From the IMG/VR virus record IMGVR_UViG_3300022758_000450: DNA of 5,360 nucleotides; one strand, written 5' to 3'. The notes below the pieces were generated by a model. The model made no database searches. It saw nothing but the letters and a program-made list of their open reading frames with translations, and was not told the DNA's origin. This stretch comes from a virus. Lineage: Duplodnaviria; Heunggongvirae; Uroviricota; Caudoviricetes. This document shows positions 4,990 through 5,360 of the stretch, piece after piece. The position numbers and the translations under genes are program-made. The stretch's first letter is position 1. Every line of letters starts with the position of its first letter.

Positions 4990-5360
4990 ATGAGCACTAA
5001 ATTAACCGGCTATGTATGGGATGGTTGCGCAGCGTCAGGCATGAAATTATCCAGCGTGGCAATTATGGCCCGCCTGGCTGATTTCAGTAATGACGAAGGT
5101 GTGTGCTGGCCATCAATTGAAACCATTGCCCGTCAGATTGGCGCGGGGATGAGTACCGTCAGGACGGCTATCGCACGGCTGGAAGCAGAAGGCTGGTTAA
5201 CGCGTAAGGCGCGTCGCCAGGGTAACCGCAATGCGTCGAATGTTTATCAGCTTAACGTTGCGAAGCTTCAGGCAGCGGCATTTTCTCAACTGTCAGATTC
5301 TGACCCGTCAAAATCTGACGCATCAAAATCTGACCCGTCAAAATTTGATGCGTCGAGTCG
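4990..5360 (+). CDS. Phage replication initiator, O-like, N-terminal HTH DNA-binding domain (5' partial; continues beyond window)
   Basis: ATG at 4990 with AGAGG 6 nt upstream. N-terminus MSTKLTGYVWDGCAASGMKLSSVAIMARLADFSNDEGVCWPSIETIARQIGAGMSTVRTAIARLEAEGWL is the winged-helix N-domain typical of lambdoid prophage replication proteins (recalled as Rac YdaU-like), followed by a repetitive SDPSKSD linker. No stop before the window ends. Confidence 0.85.
   Translation, partial: MSTKLTGYVWDGCAASGMKLSSVAIMARLADFSNDEGVCWPSIETIARQIGAGMSTVRTAIARLEAEGWLTRKARRQGNRNASNVYQLNVAKLQAAAFSQLSDSDPSKSDASKSDPSKFDASS
5299..5360. repeat. Iteron-like 15-bp tandem direct repeats inside the replication initiator gene (candidate origin); array runs off the window
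   Basis: TCTGACCCGTCAAAA (5299-5313), TCTGACGCATCAAAA (5314-5328), TCTGACCCGTCAAAA (5329-5343), then a degenerate TTTGATGCGTCGAGT (5344-5358). Each unit has an internal dyad TGAC-NNN-TCA. Confidence 0.6.

Noticed and set aside
4473-4997. ORFs 4473..4748 (+) and 4725..4997 (-)
   Set aside because: Alternative-frame or antisense to better-supported genes; the minus ORF begins with a GTG overlapping the O-like start and has no SD.
1-5360. CRISPR arrays, tRNA/rRNA genes, integrase or transposase
   Set aside because: No regularly spaced short repeats with unique spacers, no tRNA-like T-arm motifs, and no recombinase-like translation found on manual inspection of both strands.

Overview
This window reads as the immunity/early-control region of a lambdoid (pro)phage in an enterobacterial-type genome. 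Left to right: a minus-strand HD-domain hydrolase gene interrupted by an in-frame TAG; a GC-rich non-coding island with a perfect 15-bp inverted repeat; two small convergent ORFs that overlap at their 3' ends; an OL/PL-like operator region; an AT-rich minus-strand cassette (terminator, 83-aa ORF, ParA/Soj-like ATPase gene broken by two compensating frameshifts) in the position where lambda carries rexAB; a CI-type repressor (HTH plus LexA-like S24 autopeptidase); a divergent OR region with two identical 13-bp operators and a perfect 17-bp palindrome; a cro-like gene; a CII/YdaT-like gene; a small gene with two-frame ambiguity; and the 5' part of an O-like replication initiator with 15-bp iteron-like tandem repeats. 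No rRNA, tRNA, CRISPR array, integrase or transposase was recognised. The most interesting candidate is the ParA-like cassette bracketed by OR and OL, but three genes show stop or frame disruptions, so the element is either decaying or the sequence carries indel errors. All homology statements are from reading the translations and from memory of the families; no searches were run.
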